64,000 bases of DNA from Leidyana gryllorum EB-2025a (lineage: Eukaryota > Protista > Apicomplexa). The first letter of the stretch is position 1. Every line of letters begins with the position of its first letter. The notes below the pieces were generated by a model, which was not told the origin of the DNA, did no database searches, and worked only from the letters and a program-made list of their open reading frames with translations. The position numbers were made by a program, and so were the translations under genes. Positions 14,001 to 23,346 of this stretch are shown piece by piece. The stretch is from assembly GCA_048772705.1 (NCBI GenBank), contig JBLWGC010000041.1:62001-126000 (forward strand), given 5' to 3'.

Positions 14001-17000
14001 AAATGAAACCGTATGTCATCGGTTGGGTTGGCAAAGAAAAGACAAAGACTCAAGCGGTCGAAGCCGCTGGCGACCTCGCGACCTTTGATGACATTATGTT
14101 CTTCCCGTACAAGAAACAGCGGTATCTGCAGTAAGTCACTGGGTCGATCGATCGTTGTTAAAAAGAGATTGCGGTGCAGTCTCAAATTCAAGGAGAGCGC
14201 TCGTCTGGCCGTCGACCCGATGATTGGATCCGCAAAGATCGATTTGGACGAAGTCATCAACAACGAGGAAGGCGCCTGGTTCCCGGTTCAGTACCAACGT
14301 GATGGATACGACAGAGGAAACATGGACGTTTTCATCATGCCGTCGCGCGAGGTCGTCGACAAAGCATTCTGCCGCAGTCGACCCGTGGCACCGCTGGCAT
14401 CAGTGGCCAAGACAGAGCTCAAGTCAACCATTTCTGAAGGCACTGTCGACGATGTGGAGGATCTCGAGCTGATCACCAATAAGAATCCTGCGGTCCAATC
14501 GATCACCGTTCAGGTCGTCGACGGTTTTGACATCCCTCTCCCCAGCAAAGCCACCAAGATGCGACCATACGTCATTGGACGCATCGGTAAAGACAAGGTA
14601 AAGACACAGACGGTGGATTCCTTCGACAAGATGGCAAACTGGAACGACACTATGTACTTCCCCAACAAGAACTACCGCACTCTCCAGTAAGTACATATGC
14701 CATCCAGTCGCTTCGCTGACACTCCCATAATAGGCTCAAATTCAAGGAGAATGCTCGGTTGGCTATTGACCCAATGATCGGTACTGCCTCCATTGATCTC
14801 GAACCGCTGTACGCAACCCCCAACGAAGCGATGGATGTACCCGTCAAGTTCTACCGTAACGGAGCCTACGGAGGCACCGTCAACTGTCGCGTAGCCACCA
14901 GTACCAAACCGTGTTCCAAGGCTAACGTAGTTTCGGGTCCCGTTGTTCGCCGCCGCAGCTCAGTAAGCTTGGCTGGATCCGTTGTGGACTCGGCTGATGA
15001 AAGCATAACTCCATCCGCTGTCCAAACGGAGAACCGCAGCTACACCGTCAAGTTGATCGAAGCTCAGGGGCTCGCGAGATCTCCCAACGATGCGGATCGG
15101 GTCATCAATCCCTTCGTAATTGGAACCATCGGAAAGGATTCGTTGAGAAGTGCCACGGTGAAACAGGGCGGAGCTAATCCCCAGTTCACCGACGAGTTCG
15201 TCTACCCCTACAGACACCTGCGTAACCTCCAGTGAGTGGTGTCATCAAAGTGTTCAGCACCTGACTTGTCTCCTTCTCTCTTCTCGCAGCTTCAAAGTGA
15301 AGGACAATGCCCGTCTGCGTCGCGATCCGGTGCTCGGCGAGGGTGTCATCGCGCTGGACCAATATATTGACTCGCCGCAACCCGTTGTTCTGGATGTGCC
15401 ACTCCGCGCCCCGGATAGCGGGGCCGCTGCTGGCAAACTGAAGATTGAGATCAACCCGTCCCGCACGAGAGTGGAGAAGGCTTATCTCAAGGCACCTCCA
15501 GCGGCGATCCAGAGCTCTGCAAAAGCCGCCGTAGTGAATGAAGATGACGAATTGGCACCTTCTTTCGTGACTACGAAGAGTCGCAGTTTCAAGATGGAAG
15601 TCATCCGAGGCGCCAGTCTCCCACGTACCGCCAAGAATGACATTCTGCAGCCGTTCGTTGAGGTTACCTTCGGAGGCACTCGTCTTAAGACCAATACCGT
15701 CAAGGACGGCGGAGCAGATGCAGCTTTTGGAGACCGTCTGTACTATCCGTACCACAAATACAGAAGTGTGCACTTCAAGGTGAAGGACAACGCAAGACTG
15801 GCCAGGGATCCGGTGGTGGGCACCGGCAAGTTGGTGATCGACGAACTCATCAATGCTGAGAATCCTCAAGAAGTCGAAGTCAAACTTACCAATCCGGACA
15901 ACCACCGATCCGCGGGCAGTCTCTGGATTAAGTTTAGCCCAAGTGTGGACCGCGTGGAGAAGGCGTACCATGTGCCACCAGCGCAGAAATTGAGCAGTGT
16001 GGAGAAATCGGGCATGGAGCTCAGCAGTGGAGCCGACTTTAGCGATGAGGAGGACCTCACTGCTTCGGCAATCTTCAGTGCAAACAAATCGTTTGTCGTC
16101 GAGGTCCAAGGGGCCACTGCGCTGAACGTTGCTGGCCGCCAGGCCCAGGCACCCTTCATCTACTTGAAGAGCGGCAAGGAGCGACTGCGCTCCCAGACTG
16201 TCCCGGGACGGTTCCAGGTCGAATTTGGCGACAAGATGTACTTCCCGTACCGTAACTTCAAGTCACTGCACGTTAAAGCAAAAGATAACCGACGTATGAA
16301 CAGAGACCCGACAATCGGAACCGGAGTCATTGATATGGACAACTTTATCAATGACGAGCCCAAGACTGTGGAGGTCCCGTTGGTGACCGCTAAGGGCATC
16401 AAGGCTGGAAGTGTGCGTCTCCTTATTTCCCCGAGTGCTAACAAGGTGGAAAAGGCCTTCGTGATTCACCCAGAGAGTCACGCTGTGGAGGATCTGAACG
16501 CTGGAGCCGCTGTAGTGAGCAGTGCCAAGACCATCAAGGTCGAGATCATCGAGACTAAAGACCTCCCACCCTCGACCGACAACAAGATACTGCAACCTTT
16601 CATCCAAGGAAGGCACGGAAAGAGCAAAGTGAAGACTTCAACTGCCAAAGACGGAGGATCCAATCCCGAAATCAATGACATTATGTTCTTCCCTTACCAG
16701 AATATGCGATATTTGGGTCTGGAAATCAAAGATAATGTCAACTTTGCTCGCGATCCCGTAGTGGCTCGGGGAGCCATCGATTTGGATCCTCTGGTCACCA
16801 GCCATGAGATTCACGAGGTCACTGTCCCGCTGACCCGCATGAACTTGTCGGAAGACGAAAATGCCAATAAGCAGAACAGCTATGGTGGTCTCCTTCGAGC
16901 TCGTATCACGCCACTAAGCAGCGATTGTGGAGGAAAAGCGTATGTGGTCACGCCGAGCAATGTTAGCCGAGCCGCCAAGGAAGCTGTCAGTGATGACGAG

Positions 17001-18938
17001 GATGAATGGAACGTTCGAGTGTCTCAAGCCGCTAGCGAAATCGAGAGTTTCCGCATAGAGTTCGCCAACGCGTGCGATATTCCTCCCAGTCGCAAGAATA
17101 ATATCTTGCAGCCATACATCATTGGACATTGCGGAAAGAACAGACTCCGCACGAGCACTGTGGTCAATGGAGGGTCCAACTGCGTCTTTGGGGATATCAT
17201 GGAGTTCCCTCAGCAACAGTACCGATATGTGACTCTCAAAGTGAAGGACAACGCCAAGATGGCTCGCGATCCTATCGTGGCTTGGGGCACAATCGATTTG
17301 GAGCGCCTTCTGCGTCGGGCTGAGCGTGAGAAGGGCACAGACTCGAGACACTTTGAGCCCATTGATGTCACTGTCGATCTGAGTACTGAAAAGTCGCCTG
17401 ATGCTGGAGTTCCAGCCGGGTTCTTAAACGTCCGGCTGATTCCTCAGGCGTTCCCCATCAAGGAGGCCCGTGTCTTCAGTCCGAACAAGACTGGGGCTGG
17501 CAGTGCTGAGGTCGTCGACGAAGCATTGGTGCCCAGTGAGGTCGTATCGACTTATCAAGGATTCTCCCTCGAGGTTGTTAACGGCCACAAACTCAAGAAT
17601 CCCAAACCCACCTTTGACACATTGGATCCGTACATTGTCATCCGTTTCGGTGGCGAAGAGCTCCGAGGAGCGGTGATCAAAGACGGTGGCGACAACCCCG
17701 ACTTTAACCAGTCATTCACTTTCGGATGGAAGACCTTCAAGAACATGGTGATATATGTCTTCGACAAGGCACATCTGTCGCGTGACCCGCTCATCGGTGC
17801 TGCGAAGGTCAATATGGACTTCTACGGCTGTGCTGAAGCTCCCATCCATCTGATCAAACTGCAACTCCGAGACAAGAGGGGTCGGGTCAGTGGATATCTC
17901 AACTGCAAGTTGAACTTGACAAAGGATGTGGAACCCGCCACTCTGGTGCCCACTGTCAAATTCATGGAAGACTCTGATCCCTTCAAGTCCTTCGACCTGC
18001 GACTCAAGAATGGTGAGAAGATTGTCAATAAACAGAGGAAAGAGGGTCTCGTGAGCCCTTACGTCCGCATTCGATTCGGTAACACCGATATCAATAGCGC
18101 CGTCGTGGTCAATGGTGGCCCCAATCCACAATTTGATCATGTCTTCAACATCCCGAAATGTGGAGCAAAACTTCTGGTTCTTGAGTGCCACGATGTACGT
18201 CAAGATGCTGAGGATCAAATCATTGGTTACGGTTTCGCTGATTACATGGCTTTCGTCGACTCCCCAGAGAAAACAATGCCCGTCAAGGTCAAACTCGTTG
18301 ATGGCCCCACCGACACCGGAGTGCTCAACATTGTTTTGTCCAAGTCCCCCGAGCGGTCCACCGTTGCGACCATCAAGTCTGCTCATGAGAGCTATGTGCC
18401 AAAGACTGTGCTTCCAGTTGACATTATGGACGACAGTTCGGAAGCAGATAGTGACGATGATGCCGAGGTCGATTACATATATCCTCCAACTGATTGGAAC
18501 AGCGTGCACCTCAGCATCGAGAGAGCAGAAGGCCTCCGAGGCTCCGGACCCGGTGGAGCTCTGATGATGAGACTTGACCCCCTCCTCACCGTCCGGCTAC
18601 ACCGTCTCGAGCTCGAGAGTGACGTGTTCAAAGGATTCACTCCCCAATTCAACTCCACCTTCTCATTCCCGTACAACAACGAAGCCAAGATCAGTATCAA
18701 AGCTTTCGATCACGAGCCGTGGAGAGCAAACCGCGAACTGGGCTATGCTCAGCTCAAATTACAGCACTTCTTGGGTGATCAGTCTCAACAGCATACCACG
18801 AGCAAACTCGAAATCCCCTTGGTCAACCGCAAGGGTAAACCAGCTGGTACTCTTTTCGGTCAGATCCGTCTGTCGAAGATGGAGATCGATGAACCAGCGG
18901 TCATCATGATGAGAAAAGGAGCCAGAGTCGTTGAGTAG
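5040..18938 (+). CDS. Giant tandem C2-domain protein (~4412 aa, 27 C2 repeats, 11 exons)
   Basis: Exons 5040-5380, 5571-6289, 6344-7121, 7166-10561, 10621-12036, 12085-12549, 12605-13564, 13621-14130, 14180-14686, 14734-15231 and 15290-18938 join in frame (13239 nt) through GT..AG introns. Repeat consensus S(F/V)xIxVxxAxxL..QPFV..GKxKLxTxTVKxGGxxPxFGDxMxFPY..xxxVKDN.RLARDPxVG.xxIDLD, a C2 beta-sandwich pattern. Confidence 0.9.
5417..5454. repeat. (AC)n and (TA)n microsatellites in intron 1 of the giant C2 gene
   Basis: acacacacac followed by tatatatatatatatat inside the 190-nt intron 5381-5570. Confidence 0.85.
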
Positions 18939-19071
18939 TGAGCCAATTGCTGACGCATTTTTGGTGAGACGGTCGGTTAGCATTCAAGAATATACCTCTG
19001 TCTCCTGATGTTTGAACAGACGAACGGAACACACATGTGTGTCTGAATGCTTGTTTGAGCTTCCGCACTTT

Positions 19072-19416
19072 TCATTGAATTGCTTCTCGATAATCTTCGC
19101 TGTCTGTAGATACATAGGAGCCTCTTGACCGGCGGTTGTCGTCGATTTGAAACTGCCGTATCTTTCGGGTGCGTTCAGCACAGCAGCACGATGCAAGACA
19201 GCCCATTGCACACATACTGACTATGAACCCTATGGTCATCGCATAGAAAGGAAAGTATGGCCACGCAGCTATGGTTGACACCTTGTCTATAATAGCAGCG
19301 AAAAATGGGAAACTACCATGGTTCTCAGCGGCCTCCTGCTGAAGGGCTCGTAAATGACTGGTCGCCGACGCCACAGTTAGTACTGTCATTATAATCCACC
19401 AGGAGCAGAATCTCAT
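19072..19416 (-). CDS. Small type-I membrane protein (signal peptide, one TM helix, juxtamembrane Cys cluster)
   Basis: 114-aa ORF: hydrophobic N-terminus WWIIMTVLTVASA, TM YFPFYAMTIGFIVSMCAMGCLASCCC, then charged tail. Confidence 0.6.
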   Translation of the reverse strand: MRFCSWWIIMTVLTVASATSHLRALQQEAAENHGSFPFFAAIIDKVSTIAAWPYFPFYAMTIGFIVSMCAMGCLASCCCAERTRKIRQFQIDDNRRSRGSYVSTDSEDYREAIQ

Positions 19417-19488
19417 TGGCAGCTATTGTTTGGATTGTCTGCTGTTAATCAGACTGCTGACTCCCTAACGAATCGATCAAGTAGGAAA

Positions 19489-20460
19489 TCAGAATCGGCG
19501 GCTAGCGTTGGGACCCTTTGCGCGTTTACGTTCAGGGGAATTCTTTGGTATGTTAAAGTAGGCGTGATGCTCTTTATAGTACCGGGCAGCGGATTCGTCT
19601 TGTCCGAAGAGAGCCGCTTGAGACATCCCAAGCCAAGAACCGTTAAATTCAGAAGAAGGGACTCCGCGTGTGTTTGTCACAGCATCCTGAACATTTGCGG
19701 GGAGGAAGGGTCGAGGGGGCGGATACGGCCGACCGGTCACAGGTCCCCTGGGAGGAACAATAACAACGTTCTCATGGACGGGGGGGATGGGCCGACCGGC
19801 ATAGTCGGTAATATATAGTTCACGAACATGTTCTTCAGCCAAGTGACGGTTCATGCCTTTGATCAAGCCATTGTATTCAGGTGCAGAAACTTGGATATAT
19901 TTATGAGTATCAGAAACTTTGCCACCAAAGATCAATGTGCTCGGCACCGGTTTAGGGATTGGCACCACAACTTTCATTAGAACTGGATCGTAGTCAAGAG
20001 CTGAGATGTAGTGCGGATCCGGAATAGATCGAATGACGGGACGAACAATTTGAGCCACGACGCTAGCTGTTTGTTTGTCATGGTAGATAGGTACCGTCCG
20101 CCGGTTTTCGATCCGTACTTGCCGTGGTAACTCGATTATTTCCCCTGGGACTTCAACAATCTCCTCGCGTGTCACGATCTCAACCTTAGGTACTTCCTTG
20201 ACAACCTCAAGGGGGACCTGAATGACTTCGTGCTTTGGTACGTGGCGTACCACTTCCTGCTCAATTATCTTTTCAACTTCCTTGGTCACATGGTGTGTTT
20301 CCACTACGTCAATGACTTTGGGCACCTCTATGATCTCGATCTTTGGAACACGTTTCTCGACCTCAACAATCTGTACTTTGGGCACCCTGACTTCCCGCCA
20401 TTCGACTGTCGGGACCTCTACGTAGCGAACTGAAACCCCATCGTCCTCAGTAGTCGACAT
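19489..20460 (-). CDS. Alveolin / inner membrane complex (IMCp-repeat) protein
   Basis: V/P/E/K-rich repeats (EVRVPKVQIVEVEKRVPKIEIIEVPK, EVVKEVPKVEIVTREEIVEVP) typical of alveolins; intronless. Confidence 0.85.
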   Translation of the reverse strand: MSTTEDDGVSVRYVEVPTVEWREVRVPKVQIVEVEKRVPKIEIIEVPKVIDVVETHHVTKEVEKIIEQEVVRHVPKHEVIQVPLEVVKEVPKVEIVTREEIVEVPGEIIELPRQVRIENRRTVPIYHDKQTASVVAQIVRPVIRSIPDPHYISALDYDPVLMKVVVPIPKPVPSTLIFGGKVSDTHKYIQVSAPEYNGLIKGMNRHLAEEHVRELYITDYAGRPIPPVHENVVIVPPRGPVTGRPYPPPRPFLPANVQDAVTNTRGVPSSEFNGSWLGMSQAALFGQDESAARYYKEHHAYFNIPKNSPERKRAKGPNASRRF

Positions 20461-20513
20461 GGTGGTAACACAGGAAAACAAACCAGTTCAAAAACCCAAC
20501 TTTATTATTCACA

Positions 20514-21321
20514 TCAAGCATGCAGGCGCACGGACTTATTGGAGGAATCCCAGCTACCTATGAGCTCCACCCTGAATTCGCCCATTGCTAGGCCTAATTG
20601 CCTCTGTCGAAGAAGAAGAACAAGATACAGATTCGCACACATGTGTGGTACCTACCAGAATGCGTGCTGCGTTGGCACTGAGTGGCTCGCCACCTCGGCA
20701 CACCACAAAATCCCCCTGAAGTGCTATCTTCCCGTCTACCAAAGCTGTGGGCATGCCTAAGCTTCTCAACAGAGGTTCCAAAGAATGTGGAAGATGGTTT
20801 AAAGCATCCAGCCCAGCTTCGAGCTCCACTGTGCCTTTGGCAATGTCTCCAGCGCGGGCATAAGTCTCTGTTTGAGCTTCTAGCAGCTTCTCTGTGACTC
20901 CATTGGCGTCTTCGTTGGTGATCAGCAGAGCCGCCGAACCAGTCAACAACTAGGGAGCATTTTGGAAAAGGCGCCCCTCTATACAGTATAGCTTACCCCA
21001 GAGAGTTTGTATAGATTTGGGAGGGTGGAGGTCTCTTTGGTGGTACCGATGGCAACTTGCATGACACGGTTGCGAGTGGCGTACATTCTGAAGCAGTTTG
21101 TCTGACTTAAGAATGAGGTGAAGAGCGTACCTGCCGGGTTTGAGTTGCTCCCGGAGCGCTTGTAAGTGCACGTTCTCGCCATTGACTATTCTGAGCACAT
21201 GACAATATCTATTGCCCTTGAGCAATTCCCGGATGTTTTCTATGGCTTCCGACTTGTTGGCCTTAGTCTTCTTGGTGACCTTGGTCAAATTGACCACCTT
21301 GACACGTTTGGATTTGGGCAT
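20514..21321 (-). CDS. MRT4: Ribosome assembly factor Mrt4 (P0-like), multi-exon
   Basis: MPKSKRVKVVNLTKV, NRVMQVAIG, LTGSAALLITN, YARAGDIA, HSLEPLLRSLGMPT, VCRGGEPLSANAARIL. Confidence 0.92.
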
Positions 21322-21349
21322 AGCTGGTCAAAAGCAGGCGCAAAAAAAT

Positions 21350-23268
21350 ATGCATCGCCTCGATGCGGTGCTGCTTGAGATTGTGGACAGACTCGCGTTC
21401 TGCAAGAACCTGGCAATAAGGTCAGTATGTCTGGCACCATTGGTGGCAACGGCTCCATTGGTGGGCGCCCATTTGGTGCCGAGTGCGATGGAGGAGGCCT
21501 GGTGGCGGAGATTATGTTGTGAGATCAGCAACTTTGGGCCCACCAGCGTAAAGTTCCTACAATGGGCGTCTACCCGCAAGGACCTTTTCCCCCCTGCTTT
21601 TTGCGAGCACTTGGCAAAATACCAGGATAAGGTACCTCTGGAGGCGTTCCCTTTCTTTTGCACGCACTTCTGGGATGCGATAGATTCCCATCACCGTATT
21701 GGATATATACAGCCCTGGGCTTGCGGTTCAGGTAGTGTGGCGCAGGTTTACCCAACTCTCCTGCCTGCTGAGGAGGCTGCAAACCCCGCCCTCTTCACCG
21801 AAGGGGTAGCAAAACTTCTTCGGTACCAGATAGAACGTCGCATCCGGACAGGTATGAATCGGTCCCAGATGAGAATCCCCAAACTGTCCTTCTGTCCACT
21901 GTAATAAAACCGCCATCTGACAATCACCAACGAAACAGCCCCCCACACTTATGCGCTTGACACTTATCAGACTTGACATGGATGGACCGAGTTGCTAATT
22001 TGATCGAGAAGCTATCGGGGGTCCATGGCGAATGGTTACCCTTGCGCGCCGGGTGAGTCTCTCTCTAATGTGCGCTTCATCGGTGTTGATGCGCACTCTC
22101 AACACATCCCACACATCCGCGTCCTCACCTTGCACAGAGTGCAGCAGTTTGGCAGTCTGGTCTTGCCTCAATGCGATCTATTGAGGGAAGCTCGGGCTAT
22201 GCAGCAGTTCGAGAAAAACTTCTGTAATAGAGCTTCTCGCCGCTTGCTACGCCGATCGGGTGGAGTCTTGGTAGTCCCTCGAGTCCACGCTCAGTTGTCC
22301 ACCATGTTTGCCTTGTTCGAAAGCCGCGAGAAAGGAATGTCTTTCGAAAAGTGGCTCGCACACAGCATTGAGCTCCGAAAGGCTGCCTCCCTGCGCGATG
22401 ACTCCAACGTATCCGACCCCGAAGGTTCTCAGGCCGCCTGGAAAGCTCGCCTGGAACCAATAGTCTCTAGGTGTGTACAATTCTTCTATGACACCGGTAA
22501 CGTGTCTGAGTCTCGATTGGCACACATGGGAGTGAACATGTTTCTCCAAATGCTAATCAATGATAACTTTGTCCACACTGATTTGCATCCGGGTAATCTA
22601 TTAATCCGAATGAGGCCTCGGACATCGGAGGAGCGCGGGAAATGGAGAATCTGGCGGGGATGGCTGGATCGTCGCAGAGGCGATATCATTGAATTGGTGT
22701 TACTAGACGGTGGTTTGACAACTACTTTGGCACCCAGGGACAGAACCAACTTTCTCGACCTGTTTCGAGCTGTTGCCTTTGGAGAGGGCTATAAAGCCGG
22801 CCAACTATTGCTCAAACGCGCGAAACGACAAGCGTGCAAAGACGAGCACGGCTTCTGTTGTGCAGTCGCCAGTTTAGTCGCACGATATGTTGGGCCGCCC
22901 ATAAGCATCACCGATCTAGTGAGTGCAACAACTTTGAGTGTGTGTCAAGATGTGTGCTATTTATGTCTCCGTGTCTGTCCGAGTGGTCTCCTAAATTGCT
23001 GCTATCTTCCAATGTCTGCCAGAATCGAGGAGCACTCAAAAGGTTCACCATTGAGAATTTGAGGATGGGAGATGTGTTACAAGATATAATGAGTTGTTCG
23101 TTGAACTATCGAGTAGAGCTGGATCCCGCTTTTGTTGGAGTAATGCTCGCGACAGTGGTGTTGGAAGGCGTGGGTCGCACATTGGATCCAACTATTGACC
23201 TGTTGGCGGCCGCCCGACCTTTCCTCAGTTCTCTGCTGTTGAGTCAGAGCACAAACCAAACTAGTTAG
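21350..23268 (+). CDS. ABC1/UbiB-family atypical kinase (ADCK2-like), multi-exon
   Basis: GPTSVKFLQWASTRKDLFP, GSGSVAQVY, QCDLLREA..F..NF, DNFVHTDLHPGNLLI, LLDGGL, VLEGVGRTLDP. Confidence 0.88.
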
Positions 23269-23346
23269 ACAGCGACAAAAGGCGGGACATATTGACTGAC
23301 CAGAAGACACTGCCGGCGTAGTAAGGCTTCCTTCTCAAATTAGTAG

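Noticed and set aside
10500-16800. Recurring nucleotide motif (AAGGACAACGC..CG.GA.CC) as a CRISPR-like or DNA repeat array
   Set aside because: The copies are degenerate at third codon positions and ~500 nt apart. They are the coding KDNARLARDP motif.
7134-18509. Long antisense ORFs (e.g. 8373-9242, 15186-16109, 17712-18509)
   Set aside because: Shadow ORFs caused by codon bias of the sense gene; no protein-like motifs.
5040-18938. Calling the C2 gene a ferlin, tricalbin or DOC2, or treating its ORFs as separate genes or a pseudogene
   Set aside because: No TM helix, DysF or SMP region is visible. Every ORF break coincides with a GT..AG intron that restores the frame.
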